Shown here: in pieces, positions 18,017 to 27,012 of the stretch
Layout of the letters: every line of letters begins with the position of its first letter
How positions within the stretch are numbered: the stretch's first letter is position 1
Source: an uncultured cyanobacterium
GTDB lineage: Bacteria; Cyanobacteriota; Cyanobacteriia; Cyanobacteriales; CAWCAG01
Assembly (NCBI GenBank): GCA_963803805.1
Contig: CAWDOD010000004.1
Coordinates: forward strand, 427,108-491,107
Direction of reading: 5' to 3'
DNA length: 64,000 nt
Made by a program: the position numbers and the translations under genes
Notes under the pieces: generated by a model
The model's input: the letters and a program-made list of their open reading frames with translations, nothing else
Told to the model about the DNA's origin: nothing
Database searches by the model: none

Positions 18017-19576
18017 TCAGTCTTCTGAATTCTGACCTTGAACTCCCCTGACAATTCTCGATAATTGCGACTTTTCATCAACAGCAATACGAGTAGGAGA
18101 ACCACTAATAATCCGTTCGTAATTACGGAAAGAATCTTGAATTTGTGGGCCGTCTTTACTAATTATATACTCTCGAATGCCTTTATCATGCCAAGAACCG
18201 CGCATTTTAAACACATTTATTGCCCTAGACATTTCTCCTCTAATTTCTACATACTGCAACATAATAATTGTATCTGTAATTGTAGAAATATGAGACTCGG
18301 TAATCGAATCTGACCCCATAAAACGGTCTGTTGTATTAGTAAAGAAACCGGTTATTTCTTCTTGTTTAGCATAACCAGTAACACCAATCACAAATTGTCG
18401 AAAAGCATTGTTACTAACTCCTCGTGCTAAAGCAGAAAGAGAGTCAATAGCAATACGGGATGGTTTAAACTCAGCAATTTCTGATTTAATAGTTTGCAGG
18501 TGATCTTCTAAACCAGCAGATTCTGGATAGCAACAAAGAAGTTTTAATAAACCCTTATTTTCCATCTCTTCAAAATCTATACCCCAAGAAAAAGCATTGC
18601 GAGAAAGTTGCGCCCGCGATTCTTCATAGGCAAATAAAATACACCTTTCTCCTTTGGCTCTACCTTCTTGCAAAAACTTACTAACTAATAAAGTTTTGCC
18701 TGTCCCTGTTGCCCCTGTCGCTAAAATAATTGAATCTTTAAAAAAGCCGCCGCCACACATTTCATCTAAGATTTTGATGCCGGAAGAACGACGTACATTA
18801 GAAGATCTTTGGGTAAGGCGCATAGCACCCAGAGGAAAGATATTAATGCCATTATTAGTAATAGTGAAAGGGTACTCTCCTTTCATATGAGTTGTTCCCC
18901 TCAGCTTCAATATTTCTACAGTTCTGCGGCGACGTTCTCCTTCCAAAACATTACGCATTATCACTACATTATCAGAAACAAATTCTTCTACTCCAAAACG
19001 AGCAACTCCTCCATATTCATCTGTTCTCTCCGTTGTCATAATACTTGTTATACCTATTTGCTTAAGCCTAGCTACCAAGCGAAATATTTCTCTTCTAACT
19101 ACAGAAGCACCATCATATTGTTGAAAAACTGCTGTCACTGAATCAATAGAAATTCGCTTGGCTTTGTACTTACGAATAGCATATTGAATACGCTCTATCA
19201 AAGCAGAAAGATCGAAATTTCCAACTACTTCCTGCCCCTCTGGATCAGGAGAAGCATCGAGAATAAATAATTTACCTGCATCAACAAGTTTTTTTAAATC
19301 CCAACCAAAACTATAGGCGTTTTTAATAATATCTGTAGGCGATTCTTCAAAGGTAACAAAAATTCCTGGCTCATCGAAATACTTAATACCAATATAAATA
19401 AATTGAACAGCCAAAAGAGTTTTACCAGTTCCCGAAGTACCACTCACTAAAGTTGTTCTATGTACCGGCAAACCTCCGTGACTAACTTCATCAAAGCCTT
19501 CAATCATTGTCCGAATCTTTTGGACTCCTAGGGAGGCTAAATCTTTTTTTTGTTGATCTTGATTAGAATTACTCAT
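18017..19576 (-). CDS. kaiC: circadian clock protein KaiC
   Basis: 519 aa. Duplicated RecA-like halves with Walker A motifs GTSGTGKT and GATGTGKT. Phosphosite region ESHISTITDTII. Confidence 0.97.
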   Translation of the reverse strand: MSNSNQDQQKKDLASLGVQKIRTMIEGFDEVSHGGLPVHRTTLVSGTSGTGKTLLAVQFIYIGIKYFDEPGIFVTFEESPTDIIKNAYSFGWDLKKLVDAGKLFILDASPDPEGQEVVGNFDLSALIERIQYAIRKYKAKRISIDSVTAVFQQYDGASVVRREIFRLVARLKQIGITSIMTTERTDEYGGVARFGVEEFVSDNVVIMRNVLEGERRRRTVEILKLRGTTHMKGEYPFTITNNGINIFPLGAMRLTQRSSNVRRSSGIKILDEMCGGGFFKDSIILATGATGTGKTLLVSKFLQEGRAKGERCILFAYEESRAQLSRNAFSWGIDFEEMENKGLLKLLCCYPESAGLEDHLQTIKSEIAEFKPSRIAIDSLSALARGVSNNAFRQFVIGVTGYAKQEEITGFFTNTTDRFMGSDSITESHISTITDTIIMLQYVEIRGEMSRAINVFKMRGSWHDKGIREYIISKDGPQIQDSFRNYERIISGSPTRIAVDEKSQLSRIVRGVQGQNSED

Positions 19577-19750
19577 TTTTATAGCTAAAAATCTTAAAAT
19601 TCGCTAAATTAACTTTTAATAACTTGATATTGTATGGCAATTGCTTTTGAGGTATGAAAACAAAGATGGCTAACACTCTTACTCTTAAGCAATCTCTTAC
19701 TTACCAATATATTTAGAACTGCTATAGGTTAATCAAATATTTTGAAGGCT

Positions 19751-20065
19751 TCAAGTTTCAAAATCTCCATCTCTGATTTCTTCATAAAGAAGATCTAGAC
19801 CAATTAAAACCTTTTCACGATCAGAAAGATCACCAATGATTTTTCTTAAAGGTGGGGGCAAAACCTTAGATAAAGTAGGGGTGGCTAGTATTTTATCTTC
19901 CTCAGCAAGTTGAGGATTTTTAAGAACATCAATTACTTTAAGGGCATAGACTCCTTTAAAATCTTGTTCAAGAATGTTTTTGAGAGTTTTTAAAGCCCTA
20001 ACGGAGTTAGGAGTATTTCCAGCTACATAAAGTTTGAGAACGTAGGTTTTTTGAGAGGCACTCAT
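19751..20065 (-). CDS. kaiB: circadian clock protein KaiB
   Basis: 104 aa. [14 protein letters not shown]...LATPTL thioredoxin-like KaiB pattern. Confidence 0.95.
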   Translation of the reverse strand: MSASQKTYVLKLYVAGNTPNSVRALKTLKNILEQDFKGVYALKVIDVLKNPQLAEEDKILATPTLSKVLPPPLRKIIGDLSDREKVLIGLDLLYEEIRDGDFET

Positions 20066-20084
20066 AATAGTCTTTACCTATTCA

Positions 20085-21068
20085 TTAATCTGTTAAAGAT
20101 AAAGCTTCCAAGCTAGGATTTTTTCTGGGTATAGAACGACGATACATTTCACCAAGATGAGCAATAATATCAATCAAAGTGAGACGATAGTCAAGTAAAA
20201 TATCTTCACTACGACCTTCTATTTTAAGTTGTTGTGAGAATTCATCCATTATTTCCATGTGAATTTCGACAATTTTGGCTACAGAAAGGTCAGCAAAAAA
20301 AACTTTATTAACAAATTTATCAATTAATTCGTTTACTTGAGTATCAGAGTTAAAATAATTAAGAATGATTTGGCGGTATTCATAACGAAAATTCTTCAAT
20401 AAATCATCTTGCTGATCACGAGTAAGGTTCTCAAAGAAATCGTGAGGATTTCTTTTGTAATATACGCCTAAGTAGCCTAACCTTTCCTTTAGTTTTTCTT
20501 CTAAACGTTGCTGCTGTAGTTTGAGGGATTTGAAGCTAGTTTTTGGAGAAGCATTTTTCCAAGGAATAGACTGCGTAGGTAAAGCTTTATTTGGGGTTAG
20601 TTTGATAAATTTAGTTAGTGCTTGCTCAATATTAGTAATGATTTTATCGCTTCTCCTCAAAGGTAGTTGAACCTCGGCTGTATGATAATAATGGATTATG
20701 CAGCAAGGGTAGCTATCGGTCGCTTTTTGAGATAAGTTATTGCTTTGGTATTGTTCTGGTAAATTATTGGGTTTGATAATTACTGCGGGTAAAAGAACTC
20801 CTAATTCGCACAACCTTCTAGTTACCTCTAGTAAAAATAGGGGTGGTGCTTGATGTAAAATTAAACAATCAATTTGCTCTTGATTTGGCTCCACAAATTC
20901 AAAGAAGTCTTGAGATGAACCTAAAATATTTAAGTTATAATACTCATCCTCTAAATATTTTTCTAGGGAAGATATTAATTCCTTTTTTTTGGTCAAAGCA
21001 CAAATTGATAGTTTTGACAATATAGGATTATCGGTATTAGAGTCTATAGATATTTCTTGATCTGCCAT
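20085..21068 (-). CDS. kaiA: circadian clock protein KaiA
   Basis: 327 aa. C-terminal KaiA domain EIHMEIMDEFSQQLKIEGRSEDILLDYRLTLIDIIAHLGEMYRRSIP. N-terminal pseudo-receiver-like region (IDCLILH). Confidence 0.9.
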   Translation of the reverse strand: MADQEISIDSNTDNPILSKLSICALTKKKELISSLEKYLEDEYYNLNILGSSQDFFEFVEPNQEQIDCLILHQAPPLFLLEVTRRLCELGVLLPAVIIKPNNLPEQYQSNNLSQKATDSYPCCIIHYYHTAEVQLPLRRSDKIITNIEQALTKFIKLTPNKALPTQSIPWKNASPKTSFKSLKLQQQRLEEKLKERLGYLGVYYKRNPHDFFENLTRDQQDDLLKNFRYEYRQIILNYFNSDTQVNELIDKFVNKVFFADLSVAKIVEIHMEIMDEFSQQLKIEGRSEDILLDYRLTLIDIIAHLGEMYRRSIPRKNPSLEALSLTD

Positions 21069-21388
21069 ATTTCATAGCTAAGCTCATAACAGCAATTCCT
21101 TAATAAAAACTTAACATTTATCGGGCTAACAAAAAACCAACTTTTATTGATAAAGCCCTCGTAATTTTAATTTATTGTAAGCTTTATGCTTTTTAGGCTC
21201 TCTTCAGGGCAATAATTAGATTGGTATCATCTGATTCCTCAAGCAAATATACTCACTATTTCTTTGAATTAACTCCTCTTAGCCTTGAGGCTGAATAATT
21301 TATTTTCTTAAACGTTTCAATACTCTCCAACCTGATGGAGATTTTCTACTTTTAGCTAGATTATGTCTTTTCTTTAAGCAAGTTTTTT

Positions 21389-24300
21389 ATGTTTAGCCCT
21401 AACCTCACTCTCAAGCAATTCATCAAGCAAGTTCCTAAATGCGACTCCTCAACAAACTTAGAACAGTTGTTGGCTATATTTAATGATTCCCAAGCCCAAA
21501 TAGTCGCAGTTGTAGATCAACAGCAATCCTTGCTGGGAACCTTACAGTTAAAAAGTTTAATCCCCTATCTACTTCAACGACTCCTACCCCAAAATCTCAA
21601 CTCTCAAAAAATATTTAACCTTAGTCAATTGCCAATTAGCTCATTAATCAAGTCAACCATTCTTCTCAAAGGGGAGATGAGTGTTGAGGCATTTTGGTTA
21701 TATTTACAAACTCATAAAGGCAACTCAAAAGAGCATTGCAACTACGCCCTAGTAGATGAAGAAGAACGATTTCTAGGCTTTTTGGATAGCTGGTTACTAG
21801 TAAAATCTTTATTACCCCTAGCTATTCAAAATCCAGAACCATTCACCACAGCACCAATTAACATAACTCAAGCAATCAAACTCTTAGAACAACTACCTCT
21901 TCCTTTGATGCTAGAAAGTCCTGAAGGGGAAGTACTCAGCCAAAATTATACCTGGCGATCGCAAATTGGTGAACAGCATAATCAAGAATTAGTTAGACCG
22001 ATGGCTAGTATGAGCGCTATTTCTGCTCCAACTTTAGATCATCGTAGTCCATTAGCAGTGGGAACTGCGGTTAATCGTTGGTGCAGCTTAGCTCAAAATC
22101 AAGAAGATTCTTTAGAACAACAAAATACTCCTTCCCACCTAGCTTTTCAAATTGCCAACGAACAAAGATTAGAGGAAAGAGACTGCCAAGTACAAGATCA
22201 CTTTAATAATCGGGAAAATTTCTCTTCTTATTCCAGAGTCACTAGAACTAAAACAGAAGGTGCTTGGCAGTTTGATCGTCTCCCCTTTTACCTTCATGAT
22301 CTTCAACAGCACAATAATACTTTAAACTACAGCAGATACAATCATCCTCTGTGGTTAGTAGTTGCTACGGATGTCACTGAACAGCAACAACTTTGTAAAG
22401 AACTAGCTGCAAAAAACGCCGATTTAATTCAGCTTAATCGTTTAAAAGATGAATTTTTAGCTTGTATCAGCCACGAACTAAAATCTCCCCTCACTGCTGT
22501 AGTTGGACTCTCTAGTTTGCTTAAAGAGCAGCGCTTAGGAGAACTAAATCAGCGCCAAGCCCGTTATGCCGGCTTAGTTTACCAAAGTGGTCGTCATCTG
22601 ATGACCTTAGTAAATGATATCCTAGACTTAACTCGCTTAGAAACAGGACAGTTAAAATTAAATCCTGATGTTGTCAAAATTAGAACCGTTTGCGAACGAG
22701 CTTATCAACAAGCCTTACCACAACAATCCACAGAAAACAGCCAAGACAATTCCCAGCAACATCAACCTCAATTTAACCTGGAAATTGAACAGGGCTTAGA
22801 GATGATTGTTGCTGATGAATTACGTCTGCGTCAGATGCTCAGCCATTTATTAGACAATGCTCTTAAGTTTACACAAAATGGGGGAGAATTCGGTTTAAAA
22901 GTTAGTCTCTGGGAAGGCTGGATTGCTTTTACAGTTTGGGATACAGGCATTGGCATTCCCGCCGATTCTCAACATTTAATCTTCCAAAAATTCCAGCAGT
23001 TGGAAAATCCCCTTAGCCGTCAGTTTGAAGGTACTGGCTTAGGATTAGTTCTAACTCAACGGCTAGCACACGCCCATGGGGGAGATATATCATTTACCTC
23101 CCAACCGGGACAAGGAAGCCAATTCACCTTGCTATTGCCTCCCACCCCTCCTTCTGATAACCTTAACCAAAGCTCAGAGCAAGACTTCCCTGATGCCAAT
23201 CACAACTGCTTAGTATTAGTAATTGAAGCGGTTCCTAAATACATCGAAGACTCCACAGAGCAACTGAGAAATCTTGGTTATCGTGTCGTTATTGCTCGTT
23301 CAGGAACAGAAGCTCTAGAGAAAGCTCGGCAACTACAACCTAGAGCTATTTTACTTAATCCCTTGCTACCCTTACTATCAGGCTGGGATGTTTTAACCTT
23401 ACTCAAAGCTGATAGTCAAACTAAAGATATTCCAGTTTTAATAACAGCAACCAGAGCAGACAAAAAACGAGCAGAACAAAATAATGCTGACGGCTTTTTG
23501 AATCTACCCATAGCTAAACAAACTTTGAAAAAGAGTCTAGCTTGTTTAGGAGAACTACCTAACTTAGAGTTGAAAGGTTTAACTATTTTGCGGCTTAACC
23601 CTAATCCAAGTCAAGGAGACTGGATTAACTCCAGCTTTGAATCAGCCTTGAGTCGTTATTCATCTCACCTAAATTATCGTATCTTAGAAGCTGACGATCT
23701 TGAACAAGCAGAAATAATCGCCCGAGTCTGGAAACCTGATGTTATGCTCCTTGATGGTGTAGAACTAGAAAATCCCTATAATTACTTACAAAGTCTCAGC
23801 CAGTATAGCTACATCGCCTCTCTGCCTTTGGTTACTCTAGATCATAAAAATACCCAGGCAGCGAACCAAATTCCAGGCTTATCAGTATTTCCCTGTTTGG
23901 TTCCTTTCCAAGAACAAAATATTCCTGCCTTAATCCAAGTTATCCAAGTAGCAGCAGGAATGAATCCTCAACAGAATATTTTGGTGTTCGGAGAGTGGGG
24001 TAGAGAAGGTTTGGCTGAACGTCTTAATTTACAACTTTCTGTCTCAGGGAGTAGTGATGGTGAGTGGTTGCAAGCATTAACTCATTACCTACAAACTGCA
24101 GGGTTGAAAACCTCTCTTTCTCATTCCTGGACGGAAGTAGAAAGTCAAATCGAACACCAAAGTATTAGCCTGCTGCTACTTTATTTAGAAAATGTTACCC
24201 TTAGCCCTAGTTTAGTAGCAGGGTTAAAAAGATTAGCTACTCAGGAAATAAAGCCTCAAATTCTCCTTTTAGACTGTCGCTATCAAGAACAAGACCTGAA

Positions 24301-24445
24301 ATCTGTAGATTCACAACTAGAATCTTTACTAGAAAGTGTAGCAACAAAAATTATTCGAGGTCGCTCTCAACCCACAAGCAAGTTACTTGAACAAATTAAT
24401 CAAATGTTTGGAGAATGGTCGCCAGTAGAAAGCAAGATAACCTGA
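21389..24445 (+). CDS. multidomain sensor histidine kinase (CBS pair - HisKA - HATPase - three receiver-like modules)
   Basis: 1018 aa. H box ISHELKSPLTAV; N/G boxes LLDNALKFT, DTGIGIP, GTGLGL. In the first receiver-like module the phospho-acceptor position reads N (AILLNPLLPLLSGWD) and the acidic pair reads IEA. Confidence 0.85.
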   Translation: MFSPNLTLKQFIKQVPKCDSSTNLEQLLAIFNDSQAQIVAVVDQQQSLLGTLQLKSLIPYLLQRLLPQNLNSQKIFNLSQLPISSLIKSTILLKGEMSVEAFWLYLQTHKGNSKEHCNYALVDEEERFLGFLDSWLLVKSLLPLAIQNPEPFTTAPINITQAIKLLEQLPLPLMLESPEGEVLSQNYTWRSQIGEQHNQELVRPMASMSAISAPTLDHRSPLAVGTAVNRWCSLAQNQEDSLEQQNTPSHLAFQIANEQRLEERDCQVQDHFNNRENFSSYSRVTRTKTEGAWQFDRLPFYLHDLQQHNNTLNYSRYNHPLWLVVATDVTEQQQLCKELAAKNADLIQLNRLKDEFLACISHELKSPLTAVVGLSSLLKEQRLGELNQRQARYAGLVYQSGRHLMTLVNDILDLTRLETGQLKLNPDVVKIRTVCERAYQQALPQQSTENSQDNSQQHQPQFNLEIEQGLEMIVADELRLRQMLSHLLDNALKFTQNGGEFGLKVSLWEGWIAFTVWDTGIGIPADSQHLIFQKFQQLENPLSRQFEGTGLGLVLTQRLAHAHGGDISFTSQPGQGSQFTLLLPPTPPSDNLNQSSEQDFPDANHNCLVLVIEAVPKYIEDSTEQLRNLGYRVVIARSGTEALEKARQLQPRAILLNPLLPLLSGWDVLTLLKADSQTKDIPVLITATRADKKRAEQNNADGFLNLPIAKQTLKKSLACLGELPNLELKGLTILRLNPNPSQGDWINSSFESALSRYSSHLNYRILEADDLEQAEIIARVWKPDVMLLDGVELENPYNYLQSLSQYSYIASLPLVTLDHKNTQAANQIPGLSVFPCLVPFQEQNIPALIQVIQVAAGMNPQQNILVFGEWGREGLAERLNLQLSVSGSSDGEWLQALTHYLQTAGLKTSLSHSWTEVESQIEHQSISLLLLYLENVTLSPSLVAGLKRLATQEIKPQILLLDCRYQEQDLKSVDSQLESLLESVATKIIRGRSQPTSKLLEQINQMFGEWSPVESKIT

Positions 24446-24467
24446 GTTAAAATATTTCCGAGTTAGA

Positions 24468-25055
24468 ATGAGGGCGATCGCACTCAAAGTTTGGTCTTTA
24501 AGGAGGATTTGGGTAGTGGAGCATTTATGGTCGAATTTAAGTAAATCAACAGGATTTGTAGGGATTACTTTAACTACTGTTGCTATTTTAAGCTTCAATA
24601 GTAAACCCGCTACTGCCCAAGCTGCCTATGGAAGTTATGTTGGTGTCGGTCCGACTTTTGGTTTAACTGAAGCTAGTGATGGTGAAGGGGGATCAGAAGG
24701 AAGGCAAGTTGGCGGAGTCATAGCTGTGCGCTACAAGCTACTAGAAGTGCCAATTTCTCTACGAACCCAAGCTTTAATTGGTGAAGGAGTTGCCGTTGTA
24801 CCAACAGTTTCCTATGATATTCCTATCAACTGGCAAACGGACGCTTACTTAGGAGCAGGGGTTTCCTTTGCTAACGGCAGTGATCCTTCCCCGGTGGGAG
24901 ATCAAACGAGTTTTGCTCTACAACCTGGTGTTGATTATGTCATTCCCAATAGCAACACAGTGGTATTTGGCAATGCTGTAATCGCTTTTGATGCCTATCG
25001 TAACGGTGGTGGTACGGCTATTTCTATACAAGGCGGCGTGGGATTGAGGTTTTAA
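24468..25055 (+). CDS. hypothetical secreted / small beta-barrel-like protein
   Basis: Signal-like segment ITLTTVAILSFNSKPATAQA. Gly-rich alternating pattern and terminal aromatic residue (GVGLRF). Start uncertain. Confidence 0.4.
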   Translation: MRAIALKVWSLRRIWVVEHLWSNLSKSTGFVGITLTTVAILSFNSKPATAQAAYGSYVGVGPTFGLTEASDGEGGSEGRQVGGVIAVRYKLLEVPISLRTQALIGEGVAVVPTVSYDIPINWQTDAYLGAGVSFANGSDPSPVGDQTSFALQPGVDYVIPNSNTVVFGNAVIAFDAYRNGGGTAISIQGGVGLRF

Positions 25056-25159
25056 TCAATAATTCAGTTATCTAATGATCAATAATGCCTATTAGTTGTA
25101 TAACCTATCTGCTAGATATTGGTGTCTTATCTGAATATTTTTAATCCTTGGAATTTAGT

Positions 25160-26038
25160 ATGAATGAAAGAATTGCTTTTTTAGGATTAGGAGTTATGGG
25201 CGGCTACATGGCTGCTAACTTAGCTAAGGAAGGTTATCTGGTTAAGGGTTGGAATCGTACTCCTGATCGTCCTGGAGTTGCAATTGCTACCGATGGTGGT
25301 GTCGAGGTTGTTTCCTCCTTGGAAGAGGCAGTTAAGGGGGCAGATGTTGTCTTTGTTTGTGTGGGAGATGTACCGGATGTTGAGGAAGTTATCTTAAGCA
25401 AGGAAGGGGTGGCCGAATATGCTGTTTCTGGTACATTGGTGGTGGATATGAGTACCATTGGTACTGAAGCTGCCAAGAGAATTGGCACAGCCCTAAAAGC
25501 AAAGGATATGCACTTTCTGGATGCCCCTGTTTCCGGAGGAGACGTGGGGGCAAAGCAAGGAGTCCTGACGATTATGGTAGGGGGAGAAGAAGAAGATTTT
25601 GTCCAATGCCAACCCTTGTTTGCAGCTATGGGTAAAAATATTCGCCTTTGTGGACCGGTAGGTAGCGGACAAGCTGTTAAAATGTGCAATCAAGTTCTTG
25701 GTGCTGTTCATATGGTGGCTTTGTGTGAAGCAATGCAACTGGCACAAAAGTTGGGTATTGACCCTAACTTAATTATAGAAGTTTGTAGTACCGGAGCCGC
25801 TAGTTCTTGGGCCCTTTCTAATTTAGGAGAGAAAATTATTCAGCAAGATTATCAACCTGGTTTTGCGATCGCACATATGCTCAAAGATTTGCGATTAGTG
25901 AAAGAATCTGGTGCTGTAAAAGACTTACCGGGGGTAGAAATTGCGGAACGATTATTTAAAATAGTTGAGGAACTTGATGGCGATGGGGGGAAAGAACAAG
26001 GTACTCAAGCAATGATTCGAGCTTATTTAGAAACATAG
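25160..26038 (+). CDS. NAD(P)-dependent oxidoreductase, 3-hydroxyisobutyrate / tartronate-semialdehyde reductase family
   Basis: IAFLGLGVMGGYMA Rossmann motif, DAPVSGG, and a catalytic-Lys region. I prefer the ATG at 25160 to the TTG at 25148. Confidence 0.85.
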   Translation: MNERIAFLGLGVMGGYMAANLAKEGYLVKGWNRTPDRPGVAIATDGGVEVVSSLEEAVKGADVVFVCVGDVPDVEEVILSKEGVAEYAVSGTLVVDMSTIGTEAAKRIGTALKAKDMHFLDAPVSGGDVGAKQGVLTIMVGGEEEDFVQCQPLFAAMGKNIRLCGPVGSGQAVKMCNQVLGAVHMVALCEAMQLAQKLGIDPNLIIEVCSTGAASSWALSNLGEKIIQQDYQPGFAIAHMLKDLRLVKESGAVKDLPGVEIAERLFKIVEELDGDGGKEQGTQAMIRAYLET

Positions 26039-26184
26039 ATGAACCAACAAAAATATCTCTACTTTTTTATTATTTTTTATCTATAAAATAGTAGCAAAAA
26101 AATCAAGAATCACTCTGGATTTTGCTCTAACAATTTAATGTAGTTAGCACTATACTAAGTTAGCTACGTAATAACAAGTAACCT

Positions 26185-26793
26185 ATGGATATACCTGTTA
26201 AATCAAGCTACTTGCTGATTCAAGATGCGAATATTCATTATCTCGAAGCAGGGAAAATTGATGCTCCTAGTGTTGTTTTCCTTCATGGAGCCACTTTTAA
26301 TGCCCAAACTTGGCAAGAAATTGGTAGTTTAGAAATCTTGGCTAAACAAGGTTATAGAGCGATCGCCGTAGATTTACCTGGTTGTGGCAACTCAGAAAGC
26401 CTTTCTACAGGATCTTTACAGGAATTTATTCCAGAGTTTTTTGCCAAACTTAGTCTTGATTTGCCAGTTTTAGTAGCCCCTTCTATGAGTGGCGGTTACA
26501 GTCTCCCTTTCATTGTCAAACATCAAGAGAAATTAAGAGGTTTTGTACCTATTGCTACAGTAGGAATCTCTCGACTAGCTGAACAATTAAAAAAGGTTAC
26601 CACTCCTACTTTAGTCATTTGGGGCAACCAAGACCCGCTCATTCCCCCCACCCAAGCAGATGTTTTGGTAGGAATAATGCCCAATGCCCAAAAAGTAATT
26701 TTAGAAGATTCTGGTCATGCTTGCTATTTAAGCGCTACTGAGCAATTTCATGAATATTTAATGAACTTTGTAGCTAGTTGTACGTCTATATAA
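26185..26793 (+). CDS. alpha/beta hydrolase
   Basis: 202 aa. VVFLHGATF, nucleophile elbow APSMSGG, C-terminal DSGHACY (His). Confidence 0.7.
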   Translation: MDIPVKSSYLLIQDANIHYLEAGKIDAPSVVFLHGATFNAQTWQEIGSLEILAKQGYRAIAVDLPGCGNSESLSTGSLQEFIPEFFAKLSLDLPVLVAPSMSGGYSLPFIVKHQEKLRGFVPIATVGISRLAEQLKKVTTPTLVIWGNQDPLIPPTQADVLVGIMPNAQKVILEDSGHACYLSATEQFHEYLMNFVASCTSI

Positions 26794-27012
26794 ATCAATC
26801 AGTAATTGCTAGTAGGTGCTAATTCCTGCAATTAAAATCTGCTCTTTGGAACCAATTAAATAAAATAATAACCAGAAAGTATCTGGAGTAAATTTGCTAT
26901 GATAACAGCCATTAAGCTAGGGTATTTCTGGCAAGAAATTATCTTCAACTTAAGTGAAAAGCAAATCTCCTTACCCTAGCCAGTCAAATAATTAACTTCA
27001 AAAATATCTTTT

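Noticed and set aside
25234-25747. Two minus-strand ORFs (151 and 84 aa) inside the 3-hydroxyisobutyrate-dehydrogenase-family gene
   Set aside because: They are antisense to a well-supported gene, their composition is Pro/Ser/Thr-rich shadow-ORF-like, and they have no motifs. The same reasoning applies to the other antisense or overlapping track ORFs, including 1309..1563, 2443..2646, 3031..3279, 8967..9212, 16447..16704, 18065..19141, 34902..35662, 42141..42401, 43131..43625, 56658..57218 and 59818..60360.
26794-27012. Cobalamin riboswitch upstream of the B12-radical SAM gene or of the FecCD permease (34331..34434)
   Set aside because: I could not see a B12-box-like conserved core or the expected GC-rich multi-stem architecture in either leader. 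Only a covariance-model scan (Rfam RF00174) could settle it.
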